Positions 62,823-63,114 of a DNA stretch of 63,114 nucleotides are shown in pieces. Every line of letters starts with the position of its first letter. The stretch's first letter is position 1. Origin of the DNA: an uncultured Bacilli bacterium (GTDB lineage: Bacteria; Bacillota_I; Bacilli_A; RF39; UBA660); NCBI GenBank assembly GCA_947581835.1, contig CANPVV010000005.1, positions 1-63,114 of the forward strand, given 5' to 3'. The notes under the pieces are model-generated. The model searched no databases and was not told the DNA's origin. It was given only the letters and a program-made list of their open reading frames with translations. The position numbers were made by a program, and so were the translations under genes.

Positions 62823-62954
62823 ACCTCTAACCTCTACTCTCTACCAATTATTATATCGATAAACACTAACCATTTCAACAAATTTGACAATTATTTACAA
62901 TCATCTATTCTTAAAAATTAACTTTTTTAAAATTTTTTAACTTTTTTTAATATC

Positions 62955-62998
62955 GTCGACATGGTTCGACATTTTTCGACATGGACTTGTGTTATAGT
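62955..62998 (+). promoter_or_regulatory. Three tandem Spo0A-box-like heptamers with an extended -10
   Basis: GTCGACA, TTCGACA, TTCGACA at a 10-bp period. TG-T-TATAGT at 62990-62998. Confidence 0.6.
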
Positions 62999-63041
62999 AG
63001 AATCATTTCTTTTATTTAAAAGAAATTAGAAAGGAGATTTT

Positions 63042-63114
63042 ATGCCAACAAAAGAAAAAATTTTTATTAGTTTGAGTGATGATTTATTATTTAAAGAAAC
63101 TTTCTCTAATATCT
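63042..63114 (+). CDS. 5' end of a probable Rpn/PD-(D/E)XK family nuclease gene (partial)
   Basis: AAAGGAG RBS, MPTKEKIFISLSDDLLFKETFSNI contains the D..FK..F motif, runs off the window. Confidence 0.55.
   Translation, partial: MPTKEKIFISLSDDLLFKETFSNI

Overview
A very AT-rich bacterial chromosome segment (standard genetic code, most genes on the minus strand). Gene content (gpr, a CotD-like coat gene, murE/dapF, stand-alone pduL, minimal addAB, thyX) suggests a reduced-genome, spore-forming gut Bacillota member, probably an RF39-like Bacilli lineage (inference). Left to right: a decayed junction region (ABC permease fragment, duplicated cupin 3' end, rhuM remnant); a TetR-led redox cluster; an MMPL transporter; flavoproteins; a 12alpha-HSDH-like SDR; three tandem surface-protein cassettes with identical flanks and poly-G promoter tracts; nusG/secE/ffh; a DGR-target-like lectin gene; gpr and rpsT separated by two repeat-containing paralogs; lemA; addAB; tRNA-Asn; an unusual Tad-type operon; lysS, dusB, pduL; a metB-like/dapF/murE operon; a two-domain thyX; and the start of an Rpn-like gene. 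The strongest novelty candidates are (1) the phase-variable surface-antigen cassette array, (2) the trans-sulfuration enzyme-DapF-MurE operon, which may build lanthionine- or cystathionine-containing peptidoglycan, and (3) the Tad operon with a VirB2-like pilin, a pilin-like/SH3/M15 peptidase fusion and a giant Cys/Asp-rich exported protein. No searches were run; family calls come from motif recognition.
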